This document shows, piece by piece, positions 9,988-20,450 of a DNA stretch of 64,000 nt. Where the stretch lies: IMG/VR virus record IMGVR_UViG_3300020048_000101, positions 1 to 64,000 of that record; one strand, given 5' to 3'. Positions within the stretch are counted from its first letter, which is position 1. Each line of letters opens with the position of its first letter. A model generated the notes under the pieces. That model worked only from the letters and a program-made list of their open reading frames with translations, was not told the origin of the DNA and did not search any database. Origin of the DNA: an uncultured virus (IMG/VR IMGVR_UViG_3300020048_000101) (taxonomy: Duplodnaviria > Heunggongvirae > Uroviricota > Caudoviricetes). Position numbers and translations under genes: made by a program.

Positions 9988-10893
9988 ATGAGTCAAGAGA
10001 ATTATTATGAGATATTAGGTGTTGATGAAAATGCCAAATCAGATGTTATTAAAAAATCCTACAGAAAATTAGCCAAACAACATCACCCCGATAAAGGTGG
10101 GGATGAGAACTTATTTAAAAAAATATCACAAGCCTATGATGTATTGAGTGATGATAATAAAAGAGCTCAATATGATAACCAAAGACGAAACCCATTTGGT
10201 GGTAATGGTGGGTTCAATCCGTTTGAACAAATGTTTAACCAACAACAACAACCAAGAAAAACTGCTCCCGATAAAGTAATTGATATTTTAATTGGTGCGT
10301 TAGAGTCATTTAATGGGTCCGATAAACATATTACTTATCAAAGGAAACATATGTGTGGGGATTGTAATGGTGAAGGTGGGGATAGAAAAACCTGTCAACA
10401 TTGTCACGGTAACGGATTTATAACTCAAAGGATAGGGACGGGTATGTTTGTCCAAATGGTTCAATCACATTGTAGTGCGTGTAATGGTCAAGGATATGCT
10501 TATACAAGAGTGTGTCATACTTGTAAAGGTGAAACAACTCAAACTAAAGTTGAAACTGTTAGTATAAAATTACCACACGGAGTTGATGATGGTCAATTTT
10601 TAAAGTTACAAGGGAAAGGTGATTATAAAAACGGGATTTATGGTAACTTAATAGTTAGAGTTAAGGTTGGTCCTGAAAATGATTTTGAGAAATTTGGGTT
10701 TGATTTAATTTATAATAAATATTTTGATTTGGTTGGGTTAAATTCGGAGTCATTTGAAGTGCCTCACCCACAAGGTCCGCTATCAATTAAAATACCACCA
10801 ACCTTTGACACGTCAAAACCCCTAAGAGTTAAGTCCAAGGGGTTTAATGGGGGGGATTTATTTATTAAACTATTTGTTAAGTTCACACGTTAA
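9988..10893 (+). CDS. dnaJ: DnaJ-class chaperone
   Basis: J domain with HPD, G/F linker, four CxxCxGxG-type repeats, C-terminal domain. Confidence 0.95.
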   Translation: MSQENYYEILGVDENAKSDVIKKSYRKLAKQHHPDKGGDENLFKKISQAYDVLSDDNKRAQYDNQRRNPFGGNGGFNPFEQMFNQQQQPRKTAPDKVIDILIGALESFNGSDKHITYQRKHMCGDCNGEGGDRKTCQHCHGNGFITQRIGTGMFVQMVQSHCSACNGQGYAYTRVCHTCKGETTQTKVETVSIKLPHGVDDGQFLKLQGKGDYKNGIYGNLIVRVKVGPENDFEKFGFDLIYNKYFDLVGLNSESFEVPHPQGPLSIKIPPTFDTSKPLRVKSKGFNGGDLFIKLFVKFTR

Positions 10894-11208
10894 TTAACGT
10901 GTGAACAAATGATAAACATCTTGTACAATTTTAATCACGCCATAAAAAGATGTGAATAAAATGGTCAGACCTAAAGCAATTATTTTCGTATTTGAAGAAC
11001 CTAAACCTTTTTGTCCACAAGTTTTACAAGATTTTTTTTCAGGGGTTACCTCAGTCGGATTTAACACATCCGCATCCATCATCGTTTCATTATCGTAATT
11101 TTCCATAATATAATTTTTATTAATAATAATAAATATATTTATGAGTAATTCAAGTTTAGATGGTTGATAAAGGGATAAATAATAACTATTTTTACATAAA
11201 AAAAATAT

Positions 11209-12054
11209 ATGCTAAGTTACATTGGAGGTAAGAGTAAGATAGGGAAATGGATAGTACCATTTATTCCAAATGATGTTGAAACATATGTTGAACCATTTAG
11301 TGGTATGTTTTGGGTTTTCTTTAATATGGACCTAAAAAAATTTCCCAACTTAAAGAAAGTGGTGTATAACGATTTCAACCCATTAAACTATAACTTATTT
11401 AAATGTTTACAGAACCCAACAGAATTATTAAGGGTTATTAACTCAATTGAGTGTCAACAAGTGGGTGTTGAGATTACACCACCACATTTAAAAGAATTGT
11501 TTATCAGGTTTCAGGCTGAAATATTTGCTGAAGATTTCAGCGTAAACCCTGGTGATTTTGATGTTGCAGCTAAATATGTGTACGTATTAACTCAAGTATT
11601 TTCAGGGTCAAAACCTGAGAAGAGTTCATATATTGACCTTAAAGGTAAGTACAAGTCAAAATATTTGACATTCAGAGATAAATTATCCAAACCTGATTGG
11701 TTAGAACATTTTATTAAAATTACTGACGTTGAGAATATGGATTTTGCTGAGGTAATTACTAAATACGATGGACCTAACACATATTTCTATACTGACCCAC
11801 CATATTGGAAAACAGAAAATTACTATTCAAATCACGATTTTGATAGAGAAGACCACGAAAGATTGGCTGATGTGTTGAAAGGAATTGATGGTAAGTTCTC
11901 ATTATCATATTATGATTTCCCAATACTATCTGAATGGTTTCCAAAGGATGAGTATGTTTGGGAGAGTAAGTTATTCGCTAAAGCTGCTGCAGCTAAGAAG
12001 GGTAAAACTCAAACAATGGGGGAAGAATTATTAATAATGAACTATAAAATATAG
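11209..12054 (+). CDS. DNA adenine methyltransferase (Dam/D12 class)
   Basis: YIGGKS, YVEPFSG, YNDFN, DPPY. Confidence 0.92.
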   Translation: MLSYIGGKSKIGKWIVPFIPNDVETYVEPFSGMFWVFFNMDLKKFPNLKKVVYNDFNPLNYNLFKCLQNPTELLRVINSIECQQVGVEITPPHLKELFIRFQAEIFAEDFSVNPGDFDVAAKYVYVLTQVFSGSKPEKSSYIDLKGKYKSKYLTFRDKLSKPDWLEHFIKITDVENMDFAEVITKYDGPNTYFYTDPPYWKTENYYSNHDFDREDHERLADVLKGIDGKFSLSYYDFPILSEWFPKDEYVWESKLFAKAAAAKKGKTQTMGEELLIMNYKI

Positions 12055-12114
12055 TTATTATTAAAAAAAAATAACTATTTTTGAAAACTGAAATATTTAT
12101 AAATAAAAAAACAT

Positions 12115-13608
12115 ATGAAAATAACTTCTGTTTTAAGAAACATATTAATCGAGGATGCTAAATTCGATAATTTATATACTCAACTTGTTGAACCGGCACC
12201 ATCAAATGACCCAAGTAAACCAAGTAAACCTAAACTTAAATTTGAAACATTAAAGCAGTTTATATTTGCCGACCCTACAACAAAAGTACCAGAAGGAACT
12301 GATAAAGAAAGTTTAACTAAAGAGGATATTAAACAATTAGGTAAAAAGTTTAAGACAGGTACTTATGTGCAATGGTTGTTGAAAAATTTCTTCAAACCAA
12401 CTTTTCCAGATGTTGATGCTGATACTGATGTTAATAGTTCAGAATATAAAAATATGGTGAAAGAATATAAGCGTTTGTATCTTGAGGATTTATATAAAAT
12501 GGAAGAAATTCTTGCCAAGTTTGAACGTGTTAAACCTCTTTTAGACGTTGATAGATTTGATTTAAGTCGAATACCAAATTATGAGGTGTTTAAAAATAAG
12601 GAAAAAGATATTAAAGATATAAATTCTTACACTCCCGATTCAATAACTCGAACAATCTTTGCGTTACCTGAAGATTTACTTACAAGAATAGAAAGTAAAG
12701 ATATTAAAGCTCAAGCGAGAACAATTAGAAAAGTTGATGACGAAGACCCTAATAACACTCCACCTGAAATCAGGTTCGCTCATCCAGGAGCTGAAATACT
12801 TATGGTTGGTTCAAAATATACCTTAATAAAAATTGATGGTACAGGTGAAGCTCAAAGACAGGCGGCGTGGTGGTATGGTGGTAACCAAGAACACTCGAAT
12901 GGTGAATCACGTTGGTGTACATCACCGGCGAATTCTAGTTATTTTATGACTTATGCTAAAAAGGGACCATTATATGTTATTTTTCCTAATAACGATGGTG
13001 GTGAGAGAGGTAAGACAACAAAACTTCCAAAAGAAAGATACCAATTATCTTTTCCTGAAGTAAGTCAATTTATGGATAGGGACGACCACCAAATAAATTT
13101 AGTACAATATTTAAGCCCTGGAGGTAAATTTGAGGAGTTTAAAGAATTACTTAAAGATGAAATGGCCGTAGGGTTGGTTACTAAAGACTCTAAAGTTGTT
13201 GAGATTAATTATCCAAATAGTTCGGCGGGTAAATTCGTTGCGTTATACGGGTTTGATGAGTTATTCAATAGTTTACCGGCGGATATTATAAGTTTACATA
13301 TGAATAACAGTTCAAAAGAGAGTATTGCTCTTGATGTTCCGGAAACTTTAGGTCGATTCACAGAATTAGAATCTATTATGTTTACAAATATGGTTAAAAC
13401 ATTACCTAATGTATTTGGTAAATTACAAAATTTATATTTCTTATCATTACCTGAAAATAGTCAATTAACTGAAATTCCTGAGAGTGTTGCGGATTGTCCT
13501 GAATTAGTTTTCTTAGTATTAACGGACTCAAATCCGAATGTTAAAATACCTGAGAGATTATTGGAGAGATTAACTGAACAAGGTAATCAGTTCTATAGTA
13601 CGAATTAG
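12115..13608 (+). CDS. hypothetical phage protein with WCT motif and C-terminal leucine-rich repeats
   Basis: SRWCTS..YF..Y..GPLYVI; C-terminal LPNVFGKLQNLYFLSL / LTEIPESVADCPELVFLVL. Confidence 0.6.
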   Translation: MKITSVLRNILIEDAKFDNLYTQLVEPAPSNDPSKPSKPKLKFETLKQFIFADPTTKVPEGTDKESLTKEDIKQLGKKFKTGTYVQWLLKNFFKPTFPDVDADTDVNSSEYKNMVKEYKRLYLEDLYKMEEILAKFERVKPLLDVDRFDLSRIPNYEVFKNKEKDIKDINSYTPDSITRTIFALPEDLLTRIESKDIKAQARTIRKVDDEDPNNTPPEIRFAHPGAEILMVGSKYTLIKIDGTGEAQRQAAWWYGGNQEHSNGESRWCTSPANSSYFMTYAKKGPLYVIFPNNDGGERGKTTKLPKERYQLSFPEVSQFMDRDDHQINLVQYLSPGGKFEEFKELLKDEMAVGLVTKDSKVVEINYPNSSAGKFVALYGFDELFNSLPADIISLHMNNSSKESIALDVPETLGRFTELESIMFTNMVKTLPNVFGKLQNLYFLSLPENSQLTEIPESVADCPELVFLVLTDSNPNVKIPERLLERLTEQGNQFYSTN

Positions 13609-14326
13609 TAACATTTAAATTAAAGATGTGATGAAGAATGTTGATATTGATATCTATTTAAGTCATTTTAAAACGTTTTTTGATAAAAACCCTAATGATT
13701 TAACCGAATTACTTGGTGATGTGCTGGTTGAGGATTTTTATAAGAAAGTTGAAGAACAATGTTATAAAAACCTTGATAAGAGTGAGGACGTTTCAGTTAC
13801 TAGACAACAATTGATTGAAATCGTTGTTGAACTTAAAAATGGTTCAATACCTCCTGAAGAAGTTAAACGAATTAATAAATTATTCCAAAAAACAAAATAC
13901 GGTTCATTCTGTTTGAACTAAAAATAGTCCACCAAGTTGGTGGATTCTTTTTTTTATTTACATTAATCTTAAATATTATGGTGAATTGGGGTCAATACAA
14001 ATACAACGAAGAGTTATTAATTACTATCGTTGATGATGAGGTTAGTTATAACCTAAAGGTTAAGATTGTTGAATTCGAATATAATGTACATCGACAACCA
14101 TTTCTAGCTGACTTAAAAGTGTTGGAGTCAACCGAGACTATTACTTATCCAATTAATAGTGTTCTAAGACTACCAATGGAGACTACCGACTATATTAACT
14201 TCTTATTGTTTGCCCCTTGCCGTATGGCCCCCAACAGAGAATTAAAAAGAAAAGGGAATTTATTTTTGAATTGATAGTGCCAATTCAAAAAAGTGTGTAT
14301 CTTTGATAAACCAAAACGATAGAGAT

Positions 14327-15091
14327 ATGAGAAACACAGTTATGACATTAGACCAAGTAAAAGAAGTAGCACCATCAGTATTCGCTACAAGTGCATCACC
14401 AAAAGTATCTAACAGATACACATTCGTTCCAACAGTGGACATCGTAGAGAACTTCCAAAGAGAGGGGTGGGAGATAGCAAGTGTTAAACAAACAGGTAAA
14501 GGTGTGTACGGATTACACGAAATCAAGTTCCGTAATGGTGAATTACCTAAAGTAGGTGACACATTGATTGAGGCGATAGTGTCTAACTCACACAATGGTA
14601 TGGCGACGTTAAACATTAAGGCAGGTTTACACCGATTAGTATGTGCTAACGGATTAACAGTACCTACTGCGTTATCTGAGGCTTTCAGAGTAAGACACAC
14701 AGGGTTCGAGTTAGACGATGTTAAACGTTTGACTGAGGACTTCTCAAAAAGATTACCATTAATCGAAGGTTCAGTTAACCGAATGATGGAAAGAGAGTTG
14801 TCTACAGACGAGAAGTTGGACTTCGTTAGAAAATCAGCTGAGGTTCGTTGGAAAACAGGTTCAATTCCTGTGACATTGGACTACGAGGAAATCTTGAATC
14901 CATTGAGAGATGCTGACAACGGGGATTCACTTTGGCAAGTATTCAACGTAGTTCAAGAGAAATGGATTAGAGGCGGTATCGAATACAAAACTGCCAAAGG
15001 TCGTAAAACTCAAATTAGAACTTTGAACGACATCTTGACTACCAACCGAATCAATACAAAACTTTGGGAATTAGCTGAAGAAATGTTTTAA
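14327..15091 (+). CDS. DUF932/DUF945 phage/plasmid protein
   Basis: APSVFA..SNRYTFVPT, NSHNG, RLVCANGL, DSLWQVFNVVQE, NTKLWELA; TATCTTTG promoter at 14298. Confidence 0.85.
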   Translation: MRNTVMTLDQVKEVAPSVFATSASPKVSNRYTFVPTVDIVENFQREGWEIASVKQTGKGVYGLHEIKFRNGELPKVGDTLIEAIVSNSHNGMATLNIKAGLHRLVCANGLTVPTALSEAFRVRHTGFELDDVKRLTEDFSKRLPLIEGSVNRMMERELSTDEKLDFVRKSAEVRWKTGSIPVTLDYEEILNPLRDADNGDSLWQVFNVVQEKWIRGGIEYKTAKGRKTQIRTLNDILTTNRINTKLWELAEEMF

Positions 15092-15093
15092 TC

Positions 15094-15120
15094 AAAAGGG
15101 GGTGAAATTCCCCCTTTTTT
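15094..15120 (+). terminator. intrinsic terminator
   Basis: AAAAGGGG-GTGAAATT-CCCCTTTTTT. Confidence 0.75.
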
Positions 15121-15134
15121 ATTATCTTTACAAT

Positions 15135-16820
15135 ATGGAAAAAGTATACGAACATATTACTATAGAGCACGGGACAAATTTTTATTTGAACTTTAATAGT
15201 CTTGACCCAAAAGAAGGACGTGATGAGATATTTGGGGAAAAATATTTTAGTACTGCGAAAAGTATGGGGACCGCTAAACATCCACATTTTGAATATGACA
15301 ATAGTCAACCATCATCAAAAGATGAGAAAGTTTTCGAAGAGAACTATGGTAATCCTTTATGCGGTGTGACCTTCCAACGAAGAATACTCACAATAGAAAA
15401 AAGTGATGAAAAAGTCTCAATCAAATTATTCTATTATGCAAGAACTAGAAAGGTGGGTAAGCCTTATTTTATAAAAAAGACTTCATTATATTTCTTAACT
15501 TACAACTATAAAACAAATTCGTTATATATTGGTTCATTAGTGAATTACCATTTAAAAAGAAAATGTGTAAAACAATTAAGACGAGGGTCATTATGTGATG
15601 ACCCGGTCCAAAGGTTTAAAAATAAAATTGGTGAGTATTTTAATGATGTGATATTTGGTCATAGTGTTACTTTTGAAAAATATGATATTGATTTACCTAT
15701 TAAAATATTTATTGACTCTATACCAAATATTAAAGAATTTGACGAGGAACTTAAATATACGTTATACAAACACATATTGGTGACAGGTGGTGTGAAGTTA
15801 CCTAACAATTGGAAAAATCTAATTAACGTGTACCCACAACCAAAAAAAACGGACTATAAGAAGGTTGGGTTTAAATATATTGAGGCTCTTATGGAAATGA
15901 GGGATATGAAGGGAGATAAATTAAAACGTGTCTTACATAAGGTGGACCATTTTAATATTGCTTCTTATGATTTTGCCGTTAAACTTTTTGGGTTGGATTT
16001 TATATTGTCAAAACCTGATGAGGATATTGAACTAATACTTAGTAATAAATGTCTTTATGGTGAATATACTTACAACATTGATTTTACTAAAACTGAATTA
16101 AAAAATGTGTTTTCAATTTACAAGTTAGTAATCAAGGGTGAATTGGATTATTTGTCATTCTTTGACCATTTAAATTTTAAAACAAAAATTACTAAACATC
16201 AGACAATCAAATGGAAATCAAAAACAATTGATGAGTTTAATGATGAACACGTTGAATGGTCTGAATTAATTTCATCATACACTGATGGGACAATAACTCG
16301 ACGTTATAGTAGGGAATTCATTGAAAAGATTCAGGAAGTGATTTTGATTAATGATGAGGAATATTATCCTGTGGTGTTGACAACATCCAATGAGTATATT
16401 AATGAATCAGTCGTTCAATCTAATTGTGTTAGGACTTATATAGATAGACCTGATTGTTTTATCATATCGCTTAGAAAGGGTGGTTCTGTGGGGAATGAAA
16501 GATTAACCAATGAATTCTCAATGTCAATTGTTAAGGAGAAATTAAAACTTAATAGGGTTCAGACAAAGGCAAAACGAAATACTCAACCTGACATTACTTG
16601 GTCAGATGCTTTAGATATCTTAGATAATAAAGTTAAACGATTAAATGAGAAAGGTTTGTTTTCATTACCTGAGAAAGATGTTGTTTATAAATTAGGTATG
16701 CCAAAACATTCAAAGGCAATTATTTACAATAACCAATTATTTTCTAACATTATTTGGGATGATGCAACAAATAATGATTGGTTTGACTTCGCTTATAATG
16801 ACGATGATTTACCTTTATAG
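15135..16820 (+). CDS. PcfJ-like domain protein
   Basis: C-terminal EYINESVVQSNCVRTY...IISLR...RVQTKAKRN pattern. Confidence 0.6.
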   Translation: MEKVYEHITIEHGTNFYLNFNSLDPKEGRDEIFGEKYFSTAKSMGTAKHPHFEYDNSQPSSKDEKVFEENYGNPLCGVTFQRRILTIEKSDEKVSIKLFYYARTRKVGKPYFIKKTSLYFLTYNYKTNSLYIGSLVNYHLKRKCVKQLRRGSLCDDPVQRFKNKIGEYFNDVIFGHSVTFEKYDIDLPIKIFIDSIPNIKEFDEELKYTLYKHILVTGGVKLPNNWKNLINVYPQPKKTDYKKVGFKYIEALMEMRDMKGDKLKRVLHKVDHFNIASYDFAVKLFGLDFILSKPDEDIELILSNKCLYGEYTYNIDFTKTELKNVFSIYKLVIKGELDYLSFFDHLNFKTKITKHQTIKWKSKTIDEFNDEHVEWSELISSYTDGTITRRYSREFIEKIQEVILINDEEYYPVVLTTSNEYINESVVQSNCVRTYIDRPDCFIISLRKGGSVGNERLTNEFSMSIVKEKLKLNRVQTKAKRNTQPDITWSDALDILDNKVKRLNEKGLFSLPEKDVVYKLGMPKHSKAIIYNNQLFSNIIWDDATNNDWFDFAYNDDDLPL

Positions 16821-17122
16821 TTAAGAATTTATGATACCACATTGTATTGATACATTTAAAGACCTTAACACCGAATACCCCTCAATCACTGAATTAATAT
16901 TAGGTGAGGGTATTTTACGGAAGTTAATCAAGAGAAGTGAGTCCTTATGGTTTTACTCTTCTGGTGAAACTATAATTAAAGAATTATTATCATATCAAGA
17001 AATTGGTATGGTGATTTATTATGAAAAAAATGCGAAGGATTTAGATTATAATGTATTTATATTATCAACCGTAAAACGTAAAGACTTGGTTGAGTTTACA
17101 ATAAAAAACATAAAAAAACAAA

Positions 17123-17455
17123 TTGAAAAAGATGGAAATAACTAGTACAGAGTTACAAGAAAAAATTAAAAATGGTGAAAAACTTGTCGTTGATTTTTGG
17201 GCAGGATGGTGCGGACCTTGTAGAACATTAAAACCGATTTTTGAAAGAGTTAGTAATGACGCAATTCAAAATAATTCTGAAGTGTCTTATTACACATTTG
17301 ATGTTGAATCAGATAAAGAATATTCAGTATCATTGGGGATTAGAAGTATCCCAACAATTAAATCATTTTCAAAAGGTGTTGAGGTAACAACACAAACAGG
17401 TGTGTTACAAGAAAGTCAGTTGAAAAATTTGGAAAATATATTGGTTAATGGATAA
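17123..17455 (+). CDS. trxA: thioredoxin
   Basis: VVDFWAGWCGPC, GIRSIPT. Confidence 0.92.
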   Translation: MKKMEITSTELQEKIKNGEKLVVDFWAGWCGPCRTLKPIFERVSNDAIQNNSEVSYYTFDVESDKEYSVSLGIRSIPTIKSFSKGVEVTTQTGVLQESQLKNLENILVNG

Positions 17456-17732
17456 GTTATTAATTGTATTCACGATGAAAGGTTGTCCCTTTTGTGATAT
17501 GATGAAAGGACAACTAGCGGAATCGAATATAACGTTTTACGAAAGAGACATAGATGAACATAAAGAAGAATATGATATGTTTGTTGAAATAACTGAAAAT
17601 GATTATGTTCCTGCGTTTATGATAGTTGAATCACCGGGTGAAGAACCAAATTCATTACTCTTCGCACCTGAGAGAGATTTCAATGAAATATCGGAAGGTG
17701 TTGATATTATTAAAAAACATTTATTGGTATAA
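17448..17732 (+). CDS. glutaredoxin-like protein
   Basis: FTMKGCPFC, YVPAF. Confidence 0.85.
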   Translation: MDKLLIVFTMKGCPFCDMMKGQLAESNITFYERDIDEHKEEYDMFVEITENDYVPAFMIVESPGEEPNSLLFAPERDFNEISEGVDIIKKHLLV

Positions 17733-17765
17733 AAAAAACCCCATTTTTAACGAATGGGGTTTTTT
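17731..17765. terminator. bidirectional intrinsic terminator between convergent genes
   Basis: A-run, CCCCATT..AATGGGG, T-run. Confidence 0.75.
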
Positions 17766-17767
17766 GG

Positions 17768-18574
17768 TTAAAATATAATACAATCCGTGGTTCGGTCCTT
17801 AACCAACCAAGGTTTTTTATCGAATGGGTGATTAATGTCAGCTAAAAAGTCATAACCCACCAACTTCTCATTAAAACTCTCTAAATCAAAGTCAAATACG
17901 TCTAAAATCATTGATTTAACTAATTCATCGTTGTAAATTGAATTGGATTTAATGTCAATCATAAAATCTTCATCTTCGTTAAGTTTTGTTGAACATTTAA
18001 AAGAAAGTTTTTGTGATACAATGGGGTTCATTATGTTGTAAGCAATGTACTCAGAGTAATAGTAATGTGAACGACCCATATTCAAACTATATCCGTGGGG
18101 GAATTCTGAGGCGATACTTATTGGGGGGTAAATAAAGTTAGGTAATTCGTCAATATCATCATCAGAGAAATTAACTTCATAAACTAAATCATTGGTGATT
18201 GAATGTGAATTATCTAAACCTGAGTGTTGAATAATAAAGTCGGAATACGTTGGTCTTGAAGTGTTATAGAATTCAAAACAAAAACTTTCTTTTTTAGTTA
18301 AGTTAACGTCATATTCAATTAAGTCTATGAGGTTCATATCTTTGTAACCTAGTTTAGTGAGGGTTTCATTATGTTCCTCAATAAATGATTTTTTAATTTC
18401 AAGTAAAGGTAAAATTGTTTCCGATGAGGTCATACCATTTATTAGGATAAACTTACCTGAATCTGTAACTTCGATTACTGAATCATAATCACCTAATCTA
18501 TTAATTTCTTTTAAGATATAGTCGGCAAATAGATTAACAATACCTCTGTTTAAATTTGGATTAATGTATTTCAT
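17768..18574 (-). CDS. MetK (SAM synthetase)-derived protein lacking catalytic motifs
   Basis: by-eye similarity to MetK N-terminal (ADYIL..IEV..ILING..LGY) and C-terminal (RS..Y..YIAYNI, VFDF, PW) segments. Confidence 0.5.
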   Translation of the reverse strand: MKYINPNLNRGIVNLFADYILKEINRLGDYDSVIEVTDSGKFILINGMTSSETILPLLEIKKSFIEEHNETLTKLGYKDMNLIDLIEYDVNLTKKESFCFEFYNTSRPTYSDFIIQHSGLDNSHSITNDLVYEVNFSDDDIDELPNFIYPPISIASEFPHGYSLNMGRSHYYYSEYIAYNIMNPIVSQKLSFKCSTKLNEDEDFMIDIKSNSIYNDELVKSMILDVFDFDLESFNEKLVGYDFLADINHPFDKKPWLVKDRTTDCIIF

Positions 18575-18675
18575 ATTAATTGTTTTGTTTAATTAATATG
18601 GAAAATTAGTAACACTCTAAATAGTTTAAACAAAAAAAGGAGGTAACCACCTCCTTTAAATACCATTTAACGATA

Positions 18676-18828
18676 TTACTTTTTTGTGTAATATTTCTCA
18701 ACAACTTTTTTAATCGACTCTTGGATAGATTGATTATTGGTTTTTTGACCTTCAGGTTGTGAAGTTTGTTGACCTTGTTGTGTTGTTGGTTGTGATTCGT
18801 TGGTTTTGTTTTTACACCCGCATCCCAT
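18676..18828 (-). CDS. small protein MGCGCK..., 50 aa, absent from ORF track
   Basis: MGCGCKNKTNESQPTTQQGQQTSQPEGQKTNNQSIQESIKKVVEKYYTKK; minus-strand TATTTAT upstream and hairpin downstream. Confidence 0.65.
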   Translation of the reverse strand: MGCGCKNKTNESQPTTQQGQQTSQPEGQKTNNQSIQESIKKVVEKYYTKK

Positions 18829-18931
18829 AGTAATGTTTTTTATTAAAGTTTATACATCTATAAATATCTGAGATAAGGTTTAATTGTAAAGTTTAATGAA
18901 GTATTTATTATTATAATTGATATTTATTGAT

Positions 18932-20407
18932 ATGAAAAAAATAAGATTAACTGAAAATGGTTTACGAGGATTTGTTCGAGCAATGGTTGAACAAGTTGAA
19001 GAGGAATACTACCATATAAGTCCTGAAGAATTAATAAAAATGTTAACTGCGGGTATTAACCGTTTAGATGTGATAACAAAACTGAAAAAGTTTCAAGGTA
19101 AACCATTATGGGTTGATGGTAATTTAGATTTAACGAATAGACCTATAACTACTTTGGGGAATATTGCCGGAGTATCAGGTGATTTAAAATTATCTGGTTG
19201 TAAAAATATTAAAGATTTAGGTGGTTTAAAGTATGTGGACCGAGAATTAGATATTTCTTATTCATCTATTTCATCCATTGGTGATGTCGAGTATGGTGCT
19301 CTAAGGGCCTATGACTCTGAATATGAAAATAAAGAAAGACGTGCTGATTACAATAAAAAATTCGCAGAAACTGAATTGAAAAGAGCCAATGGCGTGTACG
19401 ATAATATTAATGGTGATGAAGACATTGCTAAACGATGGGCGTTATTAGAATTTTTAGGTAATGAGGGTGGTGTTGATGTTATGACTAATGAAATTAAAGA
19501 GGAATACACTCAATTACAAACTGAGTTAGAGTCATTGGAAGAACAATATGAACAGACTGAAGATGAAGACACAATAGATGAACTAACAGAGGCAATTGAC
19601 TTAGCTCAAAATAGAATTGAGGAAATTGAAAATGATTATATTGATGTGTATGATATTGTTGAGGAAGGTTATGCTCACTATGGTATGACATCATATATTG
19701 TTAAAGGTTTGGGCGATTATCGTAGTCCATATGAATATTCTGTTGGTACTGAAGATGAGGCAGATGATGCTTATGATACTTATTGGAAAAATTACATTGA
19801 TGATGTTGGTCTTGAAGGTTTTAATGAATACACAATAGAGGGTCATATTGATGGTGATGAAGTTGCTAATGATGCTAGAGAATATATTGAAGATGATATT
19901 AGAGAGAATCTTGAAGGTTATTTTAATATGAATAACTTAGATTATACTGACGACCAAGAACGTGAAATTGCTACCTTACAACATTATATTGATGAACTAG
20001 AAACTTATATCAGTGACTTAGAGGAACAACAAACATCAATGGATTTTGATACGGATAATGAGGATGAGTATGAAAGACAACAACAAGAACTCCAACTTAA
20101 AATTGATGAGGCTGAAGAAAAAAGAGATGAGACTCAAGATAAAATTGATGGAATTGAACCTGAAGTTACTGAGGATATGATTGAAAGTGAGGTAGACTCA
20201 AGAGTTCGTGATATTAGAAGAGACCCTTTAGGTTATTTAAAAGACCACGGTTATGGTAAAGAAACTATTGAAAATTATGTAGATAAAGAGTCTTTAATTG
20301 AAGAACTTAAAAGTAATGGTAACTATGGTGATATGAATAGTAATGATGGTGATTATAGTAGGGTTGAAATAGATGGGAATGACTATATTGTAATGAGGAC
20401 TAATTGA
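18932..20407 (+). CDS. highly acidic coiled-coil protein with short LRR-like stretch (putative internal virion protein)
   Basis: MKKIRLTENGL leader; GNLDL/GDLKL repeats; D/E-rich. Confidence 0.6.
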   Translation: MKKIRLTENGLRGFVRAMVEQVEEEYYHISPEELIKMLTAGINRLDVITKLKKFQGKPLWVDGNLDLTNRPITTLGNIAGVSGDLKLSGCKNIKDLGGLKYVDRELDISYSSISSIGDVEYGALRAYDSEYENKERRADYNKKFAETELKRANGVYDNINGDEDIAKRWALLEFLGNEGGVDVMTNEIKEEYTQLQTELESLEEQYEQTEDEDTIDELTEAIDLAQNRIEEIENDYIDVYDIVEEGYAHYGMTSYIVKGLGDYRSPYEYSVGTEDEADDAYDTYWKNYIDDVGLEGFNEYTIEGHIDGDEVANDAREYIEDDIRENLEGYFNMNNLDYTDDQEREIATLQHYIDELETYISDLEEQQTSMDFDTDNEDEYERQQQELQLKIDEAEEKRDETQDKIDGIEPEVTEDMIESEVDSRVRDIRRDPLGYLKDHGYGKETIENYVDKESLIEELKSNGNYGDMNSNDGDYSRVEIDGNDYIVMRTN

Positions 20408-20450
20408 TGTTTAATAATTTTCAATTATATTTCAGTTAAAAGATTATTAA

